Of a DNA stretch of 64,000 nt, positions 1 through 7,791 are shown one piece after another. This DNA comes from Roseofilum casamattae BLCC-M143 (GTDB lineage Bacteria > Cyanobacteriota > Cyanobacteriia > Cyanobacteriales > Desertifilaceae): positions 1 through 64,000 of the forward strand of contig NZ_JAQOSQ010000020.1 of NCBI RefSeq assembly GCF_030068455.1, written 5' to 3'. The translations under genes were made by a program, and so were the position numbers. Positions within the stretch are counted from its first letter, which is position 1. Each line of letters begins with the position of its first letter. The notes under the pieces were generated by a model. The model did no database searches. It saw only the letters and a program-made list of their open reading frames with translations, and was not told where the DNA came from.

Positions 1-750
1 GAGCAAACTGTCTTATTAAGCCGAGTTTTAGAGTTATTGAAAGATTATCAGAAAGTGGTGATAGGAGACCGGGAATTCTGTAGTGTAGATTTAGCCAAAT
101 GGTTAGAGAGTCAGCCGAACACCTATTTTAGCTTACGGTTAAAGAAGAATACTTGTGTTCAACAAGAAGAGAAAATATGGCAACAACTTCAAACTCTAGG
201 CATTAGACCGGGAATGTCGGCTTATTATCGAGGAGTAAAAGTGACTAAAAGCAAGGGATTTGCTCCCGTCAATATTGCGGCAAAATGGAAAAGAACTTAT
301 GGAGGGATCTCCGTAGATGAAGCCTGGTTTGTGTTGACGAATTTACCTGATATTGAGTCGAGTTTATCCGCTTATGCTCGGCGTATGGGCATTGAAGAAA
401 TGTTCCGCGATTTCAAATCAGGTGGCTATAATCTAGAAGGCACTCAAGTCAGAGGTCAACGTTTATTAGCTTTGATTTTATTAATGACTCTCGCTTATTG
501 TTACTCTGTATTTTCGGGTTCAGCTTTACTCAATAAAGGCATAGCTCAATATGTTGCTCGTCCCACCGAGCGGAAACGAAAGTATCGTCAGCATAGCCAT
601 TTTTATCTCGGATTACAAGGAGGCGTTTGGCTTGATTCCCTGGCTGATTTTGCCGATGAGGTAGAATTGATGATGTCTTTTTCACCTCAATCTCGACACC
701 ATTATCAGAGAGGTTTAAGGGCTATGTCCCTTTTGCAGTCTGTCTTCTAG
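1..750 (+). CDS. IS4-family DDE transposase, 5'-truncated by the window edge (the reading frame is open from position 1)
   Basis: The frame is open from base 1 through the stop at 750. The C-terminal part is transposase-like with an IS4/IS5-type motif (...GIEEMFRDFKSGGYNLEG...). Inverted repeats and hairpins follow the stop. Confidence 0.6.
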   Translation, partial: EQTVLLSRVLELLKDYQKVVIGDREFCSVDLAKWLESQPNTYFSLRLKKNTCVQQEEKIWQQLQTLGIRPGMSAYYRGVKVTKSKGFAPVNIAAKWKRTYGGISVDEAWFVLTNLPDIESSLSAYARRMGIEEMFRDFKSGGYNLEGTQVRGQRLLALILLMTLAYCYSVFSGSALLNKGIAQYVARPTERKRKYRQHSHFYLGLQGGVWLDSLADFADEVELMMSFSPQSRHHYQRGLRAMSLLQSVF

Positions 751-870
751 CTTGCTTGTCGCCCCTTCAGCTGAAATTCTTTTCTTCATACAGGGTATAG
801 AGCATAAGGTGTAGTGCGGTAGATGCTCTAGCAGCATTAATTATACCCTGTTCTTCTTGCCACCTAGTAG
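1..870 (+). mobile_element. IS element right-end region (partial). The right boundary is not determinable without the left end.
   Basis: Transposase ORF followed by a large imperfect inverted repeat (acagggtata at 790-799 pairing with tataccctgt at 842-851, plus an inner gagcat/atgctc pair). A run of TTGTACAA palindromes at 884-971 sits just before tRNA-Pro. Confidence 0.35.
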
Positions 871-1042
871 ATATTGTCCAAAACTTGTACAAAAAAGCCG
901 TCTTCAAGGCAAGGGTACAATGAAGACAAACGACTCTTTGAGAGTGCTATGTTGTACAAAAGTTGTACAGGCAGGTTGAACCGAGTGCCAACCAGAAGAT
1001 AGGCTAACTCTTAAATCCTTTAGCTGAAGGCGTTTCATCCAA

Positions 1043-1116
1043 TCGGGATGACAGGATTTGAACCTGCGACCCCCTCGTCCCGAACGAGGTGCGCTACCAA
1101 GCTGCGCTACATCCCG
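1043..1116 (-). tRNA. tRNA-Pro (anticodon CGG)
   Basis: The minus strand reads CGGGATG TA GCGC AGCTTGGTA GCGC A CCTCG TTCGGGA CGAGG GGGTC GCAGG TTCAAAT CCTGT CATCCCG A. This gives a 7-bp acceptor stem, D arm, anticodon loop TT-CGG-GA and a T loop TTCAAAT. No CCA is encoded. Confidence 0.85.
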
Positions 1117-1221
1117 GCATAATGTCCGACCATTAGTATAGCATTCGATCGCCAAATTGAGGCCGAAGTCGGTCAATGTTACGATAATATCGGTTAATTC
1201 ATAGAGCAAGGCAGAACGAAC

Positions 1222-2091
1222 GTGACGGTTAAACCAGAGTGGTTACGAGTCAAAGCTCCGCAGTGGGAGCGGGTGGGTGCAGTGAAAACCACCCTACGGG
1301 ATTTAGGCTTAAATACAGTCTGTGAAGAGGCCTCCTGTCCTAATATCGGCGAGTGTTTCCAAGCTGGGACTGCAACATTTCTGATTATGGGTCCTGCTTG
1401 TACTCGTGCCTGTCCCTATTGCGATATTAACTTCGAGAAAAAGCCGCAACCTCTCGACCCGAGCGAACCGCACCGTCTCGCCGAAGCCGTACGCCGCATG
1501 GGACTGAAGCATGTTGTCGTCACCTCAGTTAACCGCGACGATTTACCAGATGGAGGTGCGGGGCAATTTGTCCGCTGTATCGAGCAAATTCGCGCTGTAA
1601 TGCCTGCAACGACGATTGAGGTTCTGATTCCAGATTTATGTGGAAATTGGCAGGCTCTCGAGCAAATTTTGCAGGCCGAACCAGAAGTGATGAACCACAA
1701 TACGGAAACCGTTCCCCGCTTGTATCGGCGAGTCCGTCCTCAAGGAAATTATCAACGATCGCTGGAGGTTTTGCGGCGATCGCGAGAATTGACGCCCAAA
1801 GTCTACACGAAATCGGGCATTATGGCCGGTTTAGGCGAAACGGATGCAGAAGTACGCCAAGTAATGCAAGACTTACGAGACGTAGACTGCGACATTATTA
1901 CCATCGGTCAATACCTGCAACCGACTCCCAAACATTATTCCCTCGATCGCTTTGTCACGCCACAAGAGTTCGAGGCTTGGCGCGAGTTTGGCGAATCCTT
2001 AGGGTTTTTGCAAGTGGTTTCCTCTCCCCTAACGCGCAGTTCTTACCATGCCGAACAAGTCCAACACCTGATGCAACAGTTTCCGCGATAG
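1222..2091 (+). CDS. lipA: lipoyl synthase (radical SAM)
   Basis: N-terminal CPNIGEC motif plus CTRACPYC (a CX3CX2C radical-SAM cluster). 289 aa, GTG start. Confidence 0.9.
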   Translation: MTVKPEWLRVKAPQWERVGAVKTTLRDLGLNTVCEEASCPNIGECFQAGTATFLIMGPACTRACPYCDINFEKKPQPLDPSEPHRLAEAVRRMGLKHVVVTSVNRDDLPDGGAGQFVRCIEQIRAVMPATTIEVLIPDLCGNWQALEQILQAEPEVMNHNTETVPRLYRRVRPQGNYQRSLEVLRRSRELTPKVYTKSGIMAGLGETDAEVRQVMQDLRDVDCDIITIGQYLQPTPKHYSLDRFVTPQEFEAWREFGESLGFLQVVSSPLTRSSYHAEQVQHLMQQFPR

Positions 2092-2158
2092 CAGTCTGGG
2101 TGCAAAAGAATGGATAATCGGGAATTGAGATTGCGATCGCAATCTAACTCTTGTCGAA

Positions 2159-2473
2159 CTAACGCAAAAACGGATGAGTCTTGCTCTCGGTGGTTTTCGT
2201 GCGATTTGCCTCACTCATAAATCGCTTCAAAGCCTTTTCCCGATTCTTCATAAATGCCGTCCAAAACCCAGGTTGAAACTCATCCATAGTTTTCGCTAAC
2301 GCCCAAACATCTACAGCCAGGATATTGTAGAGAGTTTCATCTTCGCGCTTAAGGGAGTTGATTTGATCGAGTAACTGACGAGTCTTGGACGAATTAAAAT
2401 CTTTATTGGTCACCATGCCATCATCTCCCGAAACTATCGTGGTTCCATATGATAAACAAACTATCTCAATCAT
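2159..2473 (-). CDS. small conserved hypothetical protein (104 aa); paralogue of the ORF at 49800-50231
   Basis: Clean ORF. Shares the motif block RQL-D-I--LKR-D--L-N--(W)---TMDE---GFW---MKN with the second copy elsewhere in the window. Confidence 0.5.
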   Translation of the reverse strand: MIEIVCLSYGTTIVSGDDGMVTNKDFNSSKTRQLLDQINSLKREDETLYNILAVDVWALAKTMDEFQPGFWTAFMKNREKALKRFMSEANRTKTTESKTHPFLR

Positions 2474-2478
2474 AATAG

Positions 2479-3144
2479 TTGTCTATCCCCTCTGGAGTCT
2501 GCTACAAGACTGGCAGGGAAATACCCTCTAAACTATTTCTATCGATACTATCCACACAGGGAGCGCTCGTGTTTCGTAAATTTTCTTTAGGTACAGCCGG
2601 CCTGTACGTGGGCGGCCTGTTAACTATTGGCGGATTTGTCGCCTATTTCACCGACCATCCCACCCTTAATTTAGCTGGATTCTTTTATGGCATCCCCGTA
2701 CTATTGGGAGGACTGGCTCTGAAAGCTTCCGAGTTAAAACCGACCCCAATTACTCAAGAGACCACTGCTGAAGTCTTGGCTTTGCGCGAGCAACAAGCGA
2801 CGGAAACCCAACTCCAAGTTTGGGGAGATGTAACGCGCTATCGTTACGGTCAGGAAGCCCATTTGGATGAATCGTTAGCCACTTTAGGGTTAAGCCCGAC
2901 TGATGAAGAGCGACCCTTGCTTACAGGGATTCGCGAAGCTGCGGTCGAAGGACGCTATACTTTAGTGCTCGAGTTTGAATCTCCCCTGATTTCTCGCACT
3001 ATGTGGGATGAGAAACAGGAGAAGATCGAGCGCTTTTTCGGGCCGGGAATCCAAGTCAAAATCGACCAACCCGATCCGACTGAAGCCGATTTTATCGATC
3101 TCTATCTAATTGCATCTGCTGAAAGCGAGTCGGTGGTTGCTTAG
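2479..3144 (+). CDS. conserved hypothetical membrane protein with two N-terminal TM helices and a soluble C-terminal domain. The start codon is uncertain.
   Basis: 221-aa ORF. Hydrophobic segments GLYVGGLLTIGGFVAYF and FFYGIPVLLGGLAL are followed by a charged, conserved-looking C-terminal domain. Confidence 0.5.
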   Translation: MSIPSGVCYKTGREIPSKLFLSILSTQGALVFRKFSLGTAGLYVGGLLTIGGFVAYFTDHPTLNLAGFFYGIPVLLGGLALKASELKPTPITQETTAEVLALREQQATETQLQVWGDVTRYRYGQEAHLDESLATLGLSPTDEERPLLTGIREAAVEGRYTLVLEFESPLISRTMWDEKQEKIERFFGPGIQVKIDQPDPTEADFIDLYLIASAESESVVA

Positions 3145-3164
3145 TCAAAGCGCGAGGTTAAGTC

Positions 3165-3300
3165 GGAAACCGGGTTGCTCGAATCGATGTGATTTTTGGC
3201 TTGAAGTAGAAACACCAAACCCGGTTTCTCAGATCCCTATTTCCGATTCCCTAGCGCAAAGCGTTGTATTCCTTAATAAATTGGTGAGGAAACCGGTTCT
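3165..3300 (+). promoter_or_regulatory. three AAACC(C)GGTTT palindromic boxes in the 5' region of the pentapeptide-repeat gene (3165-3176, 3217-3230, 3288-3298)
   Basis: ggaaaccgggtt / aaacccggtttctc / ggaaaccggtt are read directly from the sequence. Box 2 is complementary to both box 1 and box 3. Box 3 is followed by cttttcgc. A fourth copy, gagaaacccggtttctc, lies at 13741-13757. Confidence 0.35.
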
Positions 3301-3351
3301 TTTCGCAAAAGGTGCGACAATGGCAGTCTCGATGAAATAAGAGCAAGCGAT

Positions 3352-4527
3352 ATGTCTGAACCCCTAACCCACAATCGATATCCCGATCTGCTCTCGGTGA
3401 AATGGTCTGTAGTTCCTGTTTCTGGATCGGCAGACGCGCGGTACGACCTATATTTAAGTCTGGAGTCGAACGATCGCTGGCAGAAGTTAGGGACGGGACG
3501 CTTTCAGTGGGCGTTGAAGGGCATGAATATCTCGGTTAGTTTAAATGAGGCAACTTTGCTGCCAGAAACCGATCGCCGGATAGATTTGAACGGCATTCAT
3601 GGGTTGGCGATCGCCTCGGAAGAACCGGATTCCTTGACGTGGGAAATCGCCACTCTCAAAGCAGGTCACCCATTGCAAGGTTCTCTCTTAGAGTTAAAGT
3701 GGGGAACCTTTGAGGTACGCTCGGCTGGTGCTTCGGTGCAGGTTAGCTGTTCTGCGAATGGGTCGCAAGTTCATATTCTCGGTACGGAAGGATTGTGGTC
3801 TCATCATATCAGTCCGAATCAATTGGCGATCGCCGAGCAAGCGTTGGCTTTATCTTTGCCCGACTCTTCTAAAACTCTGGCGCTCAGTTCGATGGGGTGG
3901 CAAGCCGAGGGAGCACCGCTGGTGGCAAAGCTCGATGACGGGGAGGGAGATTGCGATCGTTTATTACCGATAATTGAGAAAATTACGACAGCAACGAGCG
4001 ATGATTTCTTAGACCTTGCCCAGCTCGCAGGTCTCAATATCTCAACCGATCTGGCCGGAGCGAAACTGTTGGGAACTCACTTAAATGGATTAGACTTAAG
4101 CAACGCCGATTTGCGTCGAGTTTATTTGCGCGGCGCGGAGTTATGCGATGCGGATTTGAGTAATGCTTGTCTGGAAGGGGCCAATTTTACGGGTGCAGAT
4201 TTGAGTGGAGTGCTTCTCAGCGATGCTCCCGCTCGAGGGGCGAATTTCCATCGCGCGAGTTTGGCATTGGCGAATTTAAGTGGCGCTAAGCTGAGGAATG
4301 CTGATTTTACCGAAGCGAATTTAAGTAATGCCAATTTAAGTGATGCGGACTTAACCGGTGCGAATTTAAGCGATGCGGATTTAACCGGTGCGGGTTTAGT
4401 GTTGTCCGAGCTAAAGGATGTTAATCTGCATGGGGCTAAGGTGGAGCGATCGCGATTTAAAGATAATCCTGGATTGACTGAAGCCATGCAGCAAGATTTA
4501 CAAGAGCGAGGCGCAATTTTTGAGTAA
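3352..4527 (+). CDS. pentapeptide-repeat protein with a ~230-aa N-terminal domain of unknown function
   Basis: The C-terminal ~170 aa are tandem A(D/N)LSx pentapeptides (ADLSNACLEGANFTGADLSGVLLSDA...NLSNANLSDADLTGANLSDADLTG). The DNA carries near-identical 30-bp tandem units at 4290-4400. Confidence 0.8.
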   Translation: MSEPLTHNRYPDLLSVKWSVVPVSGSADARYDLYLSLESNDRWQKLGTGRFQWALKGMNISVSLNEATLLPETDRRIDLNGIHGLAIASEEPDSLTWEIATLKAGHPLQGSLLELKWGTFEVRSAGASVQVSCSANGSQVHILGTEGLWSHHISPNQLAIAEQALALSLPDSSKTLALSSMGWQAEGAPLVAKLDDGEGDCDRLLPIIEKITTATSDDFLDLAQLAGLNISTDLAGAKLLGTHLNGLDLSNADLRRVYLRGAELCDADLSNACLEGANFTGADLSGVLLSDAPARGANFHRASLALANLSGAKLRNADFTEANLSNANLSDADLTGANLSDADLTGAGLVLSELKDVNLHGAKVERSRFKDNPGLTEAMQQDLQERGAIFE

Positions 4528-4636
4528 GGGCGTGTCAATGCCATTATTAGGATAGCGAAGAATGTTGCGATCGTTTCCTCTAGTTCTGTTCAAAAATCCG
4601 ACGCTAGGGGGGTGTGAAAATTACCAATGAGTTCTA

Positions 4637-4680
4637 AATGGCTGTATTGCTTACCCAGTCTGCCTGACAGCCATTTTTTA
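4637..4680 (+). terminator. putative rho-independent terminator downstream of the pentapeptide gene
   Basis: aatggctgt ... acagccatt inverted repeat followed by TTTTTTATTT. The loop is long (about 21 nt), so the call is only moderate. Confidence 0.35.
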
Positions 4681-4822
4681 TTTGTAGGTAGCGTCGGACT
4701 ATGTAGGGCAAGGGTTTCAGCGATTTTAACTTGCTTTTCAGCTTCCGGTACGTTATGGTTGGAGGTGTGCGTCGGAAATGTACCTTGAAAACTAAATACA
4801 GCAAGGGTCTCAGAACCCAGCC

Positions 4823-5731
4823 GTTGAAATTCACCTAAATCCCTATGAGGGATTGAAACTCAACCCAAAACCGCCAATAAGGACGATTTAAAGTTGAAAT
4901 TCACCTAAATCCCTATGAGGGATTGAAACAAAGGAAAGCGAATTTTCTTAGATGAGCTAGACCGTTGAAATTCACCTAAATCCCTATGAGGGATTGAAAC
5001 AATTCAACGATCTCTCTTCCATTACCTTCGATCAGGTTGAAATTCACCTAAATCCCTATGAGGGATTGAAACGACGGAAAAGGATATGGGATCGGAATCC
5101 AAAATCAAATCGAGTTGAAATTCACCTAAATCCCTATGAGGGATTGAAACCTTCTTTTGCTGGACAAACAGAAAAATATTTCTGCCGTTGAAATTCACCT
5201 AAATCCCTATGAGGGATTGAAACCAATCCAGAAAAGAGCCGATTGATATCCGCCATGAAGTTGAAATTCACCTAAATCCCTATGAGGGATTGAAACACAG
5301 CCCATTAGGCTTAGGAGGTGGCGGTGCAGCGTTGAAATTCACCTAAATCCCTATGAGGGATTGAAACAAAATAAAAAAATAAGGGCGCTTCACGTGCCCT
5401 TGCGTTGAAATTCACCTAAATCCCTATGAGGGATTGAAACGTCGGTGCTGGTATCATGGGCACGATTTCTGCCCGTAGTTGAAATTCACCTAAATCCCTA
5501 TGAGGGATTGAAACATAGCATCTTTACGAAGACGATAAGAAACGCGAACGTTGAAATTCACCTAAATCCCTATGAGGGATTGAAACATGGGAGGCTTCGG
5601 CCTTCCATCAAGAATTTATCATGTTGAAATTCACCTAAATCCCTATGAGGGATTGAAACCTACAAAATTTGATATACTGGAGATATCAGCAATAGTTGAA
5701 ATTCACCTAAATCCCTATGAGGGATTAAAAC
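4823..5731 (+). CRISPR. CRISPR array with 13 repeats of 37 bp and 12 unique spacers of 33-41 bp. No cas genes are present in the window (orphan array).
   Basis: Repeat GTTGAAATTCACCTAAATCCCTATGAGGGATTGAAAC starts at 4823, 4893, 4964, 5036, 5114, 5187, 5260, 5331, 5404, 5478, 5550, 5623 and 5695. The last copy is degenerate (GGGATTAAAAC), so the leader is on the 4530-4822 side. The repeat contains a 6-bp stem AATCCC/GGGATT and ends in ATTGAAAC, a typical 8-nt Cas6 handle. Confidence 0.97.
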
Positions 5732-5739
5732 GAAATCAA

Positions 5740-7791
5740 CTATCCCTTATCTACGGGTAATACCCAAACGGCATAAAAATCAATAACGTTCATTTCATAT
5801 CCCAAGGAAGTGAGAATACCGTGAATTTCCGATTCCCAAGGATTGCTTAATGGCACAATAATAGCACCGACGGATAATTGCGGAATTAGAGTTTGCAAAA
5901 GCTGGGGCGCATTCTCTCCACGATGTACCCCACTAATATATTGAGATAAGCGGCGGCGCTGCTCCACTTCTAATGGCGAGAAAAAGTTGGTAATTTGCAG
6001 ATAACTTTCAGTCACCACAATGGGATACAGGGGAGTGCGGTTCACAATTAACCAACGGGCTAATTCATCTCCTGCAACTTCGTCTCCGACGGGAGAGGCG
6101 GGAGCTAAGACATAACTGCCAGATGGAATAATATCTTCCATACGCTTGATAGTCTGTAAACGGGAATTGGGTAATTTTAGTTGCGGAGGAAAGCGAAAGT
6201 GGACGCGGTTAAAGTCAATTTGTGGAGAATAGATGTTGGGTGATAGCATCGTTGACAAGACAGTAATGGAGCTGATAACGACGGCACATAAGATGATTTT
6301 TGCGTAGTTTTTATAGCGGGTAAAGGGATAAGCTAAGATAGGGAAACTGAGTAAAATGGCGAGTAAGAGATGGCGAGGGATTACCCACCATAAGCGACGA
6401 TAGGTAGGAACTCCAGTAAGATTAACTGCCCAAAATTCTTGCAGGAATGGATTGAGAAAAACGAGCATGAATGCGAAGATTATGCCTAACAGAACTCGGC
6501 GCATTTGTCGATCGCCCACTACTGCCCAACCGGCTAAAACGGCGACCCAGAAAATGTATCCGCCCATACCGTGATGTAAGTGTAAGACGAAGTCGTTGTT
6601 TACCACTGGCTCGAATTGCAGATTGCTCATATTTGGCGAAGACTGTTTCACTTGCGACGCGAAGGTGAGGGCGATCGCCAAGGGATAAATAGTGGTCGTC
6701 AGCGCCCACAAACTCCGGAACGTTGCTTTCCAATTTCCAGACCAATAGCCGCAGGTGGTTAACAAGACGGTTAAGGGGGCGGCGTAGAGCGCAGTAGAGC
6801 TACAGCCAATGGCGGCAATATTCGCCAAACTGAGAATCAGCCATCGCCAGATTGTCGGTTCGGCGAGATAGCGCAAGGTATAGGCAATAATAATTGGAAC
6901 GAGGATGGCGACGAATAGGGGTTTTCCTTGTTGCAAACGTGCCAGGGAAAAGTTGCCCAAACCGGCGGCGGTGGTTAAGACAACTAATAATAGGGTGGTG
7001 ACCGTTGTTACTGTCAACCAATGGCGCGGAACTATGACGCGCAGGTATAAGGCGCTGGCAAATACGACGAGAGGTGCGATCGCCAGCGGTTGCCAAAAGT
7101 TACGCACCCAGAGATGGGAAATCCCGGTAAGATAACTAATTGCAGCTCCCAGAAGTTCGATGGAATGGACGCGATAGACGGGGAGAAGCAACGGCAGATC
7201 GGGCAGTCCGTGCATACTGTCGCGCACCATTAACGGTTCGTCGGGACGATCCAATGCAGCGACCATTAAATTGAGATAGAAGGCATCATCGCCATGGGTT
7301 CGATAAATTACAGCGGTTGCCACGATCGCGATCGCTGCCAATCCGAGCAACCAAACCCCAGAGCCTTTCGCCGGTAAGGGCAAGACAAAATCATGTGGAG
7401 ATTGCGGCCGCGATCGCCAATAAGAAAACCCCAATACAAGTGTCGTCAGACACCAGAATAACGCAAAATTATCCGTAATTCCATAGAGAATAGTCACAAA
7501 GACAGCGATCGCCACCGGAAGCGCTACTTCCCGTCCGATGGGCAAAACTCTCGTATCTGGAGACCCCTCTCCCAGGGACTTGGTGGGAATAATCCGATGG
7601 CGCGTGACCCAAAAACCGGCGATCGCCAAACTTATTGCGATGGGAGATAATCGCAACAGCATCGCAAACGAACCCTGGCGCAAGACAACGCTATTGCAGA
7701 ACAGCGTCCAAACTCCGAGACCCCAAACCCATGCCAAACAGGACGTTTCAACGATCGTTCCCGCCCATTCCCGACTCTGCTTCATTCTCAT
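5740..7791 (-). CDS. large polytopic membrane protein (13 or more predicted TM segments) with a ~150-aa C-terminal soluble domain. Possibly a GT-C-fold glycosyltransferase-like protein; function unknown.
   Basis: The long ORF (5740-7899 in the track) is very hydrophobic. Its first ~36 codons overlap the upstream MscS gene, so the start is probably at Met37/39 (7791/7785) or at a later Met (7662). Confidence 0.5.
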   Translation of the reverse strand: MRMKQSREWAGTIVETSCLAWVWGLGVWTLFCNSVVLRQGSFAMLLRLSPIAISLAIAGFWVTRHRIIPTKSLGEGSPDTRVLPIGREVALPVAIAVFVTILYGITDNFALFWCLTTLVLGFSYWRSRPQSPHDFVLPLPAKGSGVWLLGLAAIAIVATAVIYRTHGDDAFYLNLMVAALDRPDEPLMVRDSMHGLPDLPLLLPVYRVHSIELLGAAISYLTGISHLWVRNFWQPLAIAPLVVFASALYLRVIVPRHWLTVTTVTTLLLVVLTTAAGLGNFSLARLQQGKPLFVAILVPIIIAYTLRYLAEPTIWRWLILSLANIAAIGCSSTALYAAPLTVLLTTCGYWSGNWKATFRSLWALTTTIYPLAIALTFASQVKQSSPNMSNLQFEPVVNNDFVLHLHHGMGGYIFWVAVLAGWAVVGDRQMRRVLLGIIFAFMLVFLNPFLQEFWAVNLTGVPTYRRLWWVIPRHLLLAILLSFPILAYPFTRYKNYAKIILCAVVISSITVLSTMLSPNIYSPQIDFNRVHFRFPPQLKLPNSRLQTIKRMEDIIPSGSYVLAPASPVGDEVAGDELARWLIVNRTPLYPIVVTESYLQITNFFSPLEVEQRRRLSQYISGVHRGENAPQLLQTLIPQLSVGAIIVPLSNPWESEIHGILTSLGYEMNVIDFYAVWVLPVDKG

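Noticed and set aside
904-1209. 101-aa ORF on the minus strand
   Set aside because: It is entirely overlapped by the tRNA-Pro gene and the IS/tRNA intergenic hairpins, and has no protein-like features.
1309-2117. Overlapping ORFs 1309-1512 and 1416-1700 (minus) and 1638-2117 (plus) inside lipA
   Set aside because: They are alternative frames of a well-supported lipA gene and are Arg/Ser-rich, as is typical of off-frame GC-rich DNA.
4122-4544. 140-aa ORF with KSASLKFAPVKSASLK repeats antisense to the pentapeptide gene
   Set aside because: It is a mirror-frame artefact of the tandem pentapeptide-repeat DNA. The sense frame has the canonical A(D/N)LSx repeats.
4634-5627. Small ORFs 4634-4834 (minus), 4994-5191 and 5445-5627 (plus), containing repeated EIHLNPYEGLK peptides
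   Set aside because: They are translations of the CRISPR repeats, or run across repeat-spacer units, and are not genes.
4860-5694. Looked for spacers matching elsewhere in the window (self-targeting)
   Set aside because: No spacer-sized match was seen by eye. A proper search is needed before saying anything.
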